Below, in pieces: positions 62,251 to 64,000 of a DNA stretch of 64,000 bases. Source of the DNA: an uncultured Candidatus Binatia bacterium (lineage in GTDB: Bacteria; Desulfobacterota; Binatia; UBA9968; JAJDTQ01); contig OZ219754.1 in NCBI GenBank assembly GCA_964291295.2, positions 3,488,001 through 3,552,000 on the forward strand. Direction: 5' to 3'. Made by a program: the position numbers and the translations under genes. The notes under the pieces were generated by a model. The model saw only the letters and a program-made list of their open reading frames with translations, ran no database searches and was not told where the DNA came from. Position 1 is the first letter of the stretch. Each line of letters starts with the position of its first letter.

Positions 62251-63772
62251 CGGCTTCCCCGTCCCGCCCGCACTCCACCCGCACCGCCCGCATCCGTTGC
62301 AGTTCCTGCTGCTTGCGTGTGTTGCGGATACCGTAGTAGAGGCTGGCGGCGATGAGCACCAGCACGATGAGAACGATGGGGCGGGCGAGCCAGGCGGCAC
62401 CGTAGCGGCTGATGGAGATAAAGAGATAGTTCTCGATGATGCCGCTCAGCACCAGTCCCAGGATCAGCGGCGGCCGCGGCCAGCTGAACCGCTTCATGAA
62501 CCAGCCCAGCAGCGAGAAGAACAGCAGCGACCACAGGTCGCCGTAGTGCCGGGTGGCCTGAAATGACGCCAGGAACACGATGACCACCACCAGCGGGGTC
62601 AGCAGATTGATCCGCACCATGGCGATCTTGGCCAGCGTATTGGTGAGCAGCATGCACAGGACGGTCCCGAACACGTTGGCGATGGCCAGGCTCCAGATCA
62701 TCGTGTAGGTAACCGCCAGATCCCGGGTGAGCATGGCCGAGCCCGGGGTCAGGCCCTGGATGGTCATGGCCCCCAGCAGCAAGGCCATGGAGGCGCTGCC
62801 CGGCACACCGAAGGCGATGGTGGGAATCAGCGCCCCGCCCTCCTTGGCGTTGTTGGCGGCTTCCGGCGCCAGCACGCCGCGCACGTCGCCGGTACCGAAG
62901 GTGTCGTTGGCGCCCTTCTCCGTCTGGACCGCGTGACCGTAGGCGAACCAGTCCACCACCGAGGCCCCCAGCCCCGGGATGGCGCCGACGAAGACTCCCA
63001 CCGCGCCGCAACGCAGCACCAGGAACCAGTGGCGGAGGGCATCCCGGATCCCCTCCGTGACCCCCTTGAGCCGTTCCTTGGGGACATCCGCGATACGAGT
63101 ACCCCGGATGGTCAGGTCGACGATCTCGGGAATGGCGAAGATACCCAGCGCCACCGGGACCAAGGGCACGCCGTCCCACAGGTACAGTTGTCCGAACACC
63201 CAGCGGAGCACGCCGGTCTGCGGATCCATTCCCACCATGCCCACGCAAAGGCCGATGGCCCCCGCGATGAGCCCCTTGACCGGGGCGTTGCCGCTCAGCA
63301 CGGCGACCATGGAGATGCCCAGCAGACCCAGGGTGAAGAACTCGGGGGAGCCGAATGCGAGCACGATGGGCCGCAGTACCGGGATGGAAAGCGCCAGCAC
63401 CAGCGATCCGAACAGGCCGCCCAGGAGCGAAGCCATGTAGGCGCCGCCGAAGGCCCGCCCGGCCTCGCCCTTCTTGGCCATGGGGTGCCCGTCGAGAATG
63501 GTCGCCTGGGAGGCCGAGGTGCCGGGAACGCCGAAAAGCACCGAAGGAATCGTGTCGGAGGTGCTCGTCACAGAGATCAGCCCGATCATGATGGCGAACG
63601 CCTCGAAGGAGTCCATGTCGAAGGTGAAGGGCAGGAGGATCGCAAGGCCGACCAAGCCCCCCAAGCCTGGTATCGCACCCAAGGCCAAGCCCATGGCCAC
63701 GCCGATGAACAGATACCCCAACCGGACCGGAACCAGGAGGTTCTCGATTGCCACGGTGGCGGCTTCCAGCAT
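62240..63772 (-). CDS. TctA-like large membrane subunit
   Basis: GAIPGLGG, VPGTSASQATILDGHPMAKKG, PEAANNAKEGGALIPTIAFGVPG, PRPPLILGLVL. Confidence 0.93.
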   Translation of the reverse strand: MLEAATVAIENLLVPVRLGYLFIGVAMGLALGAIPGLGGLVGLAILLPFTFDMDSFEAFAIMIGLISVTSTSDTIPSVLFGVPGTSASQATILDGHPMAKKGEAGRAFGGAYMASLLGGLFGSLVLALSIPVLRPIVLAFGSPEFFTLGLLGISMVAVLSGNAPVKGLIAGAIGLCVGMVGMDPQTGVLRWVFGQLYLWDGVPLVPVALGIFAIPEIVDLTIRGTRIADVPKERLKGVTEGIRDALRHWFLVLRCGAVGVFVGAIPGLGASVVDWFAYGHAVQTEKGANDTFGTGDVRGVLAPEAANNAKEGGALIPTIAFGVPGSASMALLLGAMTIQGLTPGSAMLTRDLAVTYTMIWSLAIANVFGTVLCMLLTNTLAKIAMVRINLLTPLVVVIVFLASFQATRHYGDLWSLLFFSLLGWFMKRFSWPRPPLILGLVLSGIIENYLFISISRYGAAWLARPIVLIVLVLIAASLYYGIRNTRKQQELQRMRAVRVECGRDGEADEA

Positions 63773-64000
63773 ACCGACTCCCTTCCGGACTCCCCTCTGC
63801 CCCCTGTGGAAAATTCACAGGGATATATCGATGTCCTGAAAAGCTGTCAAGCCGGATGCGGTTCCGTCGCGCACTCGGATCCGGCTGGTTCCGTTGCGGG
63901 TTCTCCCAAAAAGGACTAGGTACGACGGGTATCCTCTGTCCGAATTTCGTGTGCGTCCATCGTATGCACGCAACCGCATGCAACCATTTGGAGGGACCGG

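Overview
High-GC bacterial chromosomal window; gene content (ccsA-hemACDB, lexA-imuA-imuB-dnaE2, TTT transporters) suggests a deltaproteobacterial/Binatota-like organism (inference). Left arm (1-14.6 kb): partial family-B-polymerase-like gene, PAC2-family protein, cytochrome c', heme biosynthesis operon, LysM lytic transglycosylase with 3x183-bp repeats, cupin, Gld-like ABC transporter. Centre (14.7-41.2 kb): a complete type I-G (I-U) CRISPR-Cas locus split in two: cas4-cas1, cas2, leader and a ~146-repeat array, then a stack of three IS elements (IS1634, a DUF4338-fused IS4/Tn5-like element, an internally deleted IS5), then cas3-cas8g-cas7-csb2. Right arm: nitrilase-family amidase, SixA-like phosphatase, SOS mutagenesis cassette with a candidate LexA operator, and an uncharacterised catabolic cluster (TctABC, UbiD, SDR, hydantoinase/carboxylase A and B-gamma fusion, citryl-CoA lyase-like). 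Most notable observations: many spacers cover Shine-Dalgarno+ATG regions and fall into families of diverged homologous targets; one spacer looks like a tRNA 3' half; Cas3 has an apparent ~70-aa insertion in its HD domain. All calls are from manual reading; no searches were run.
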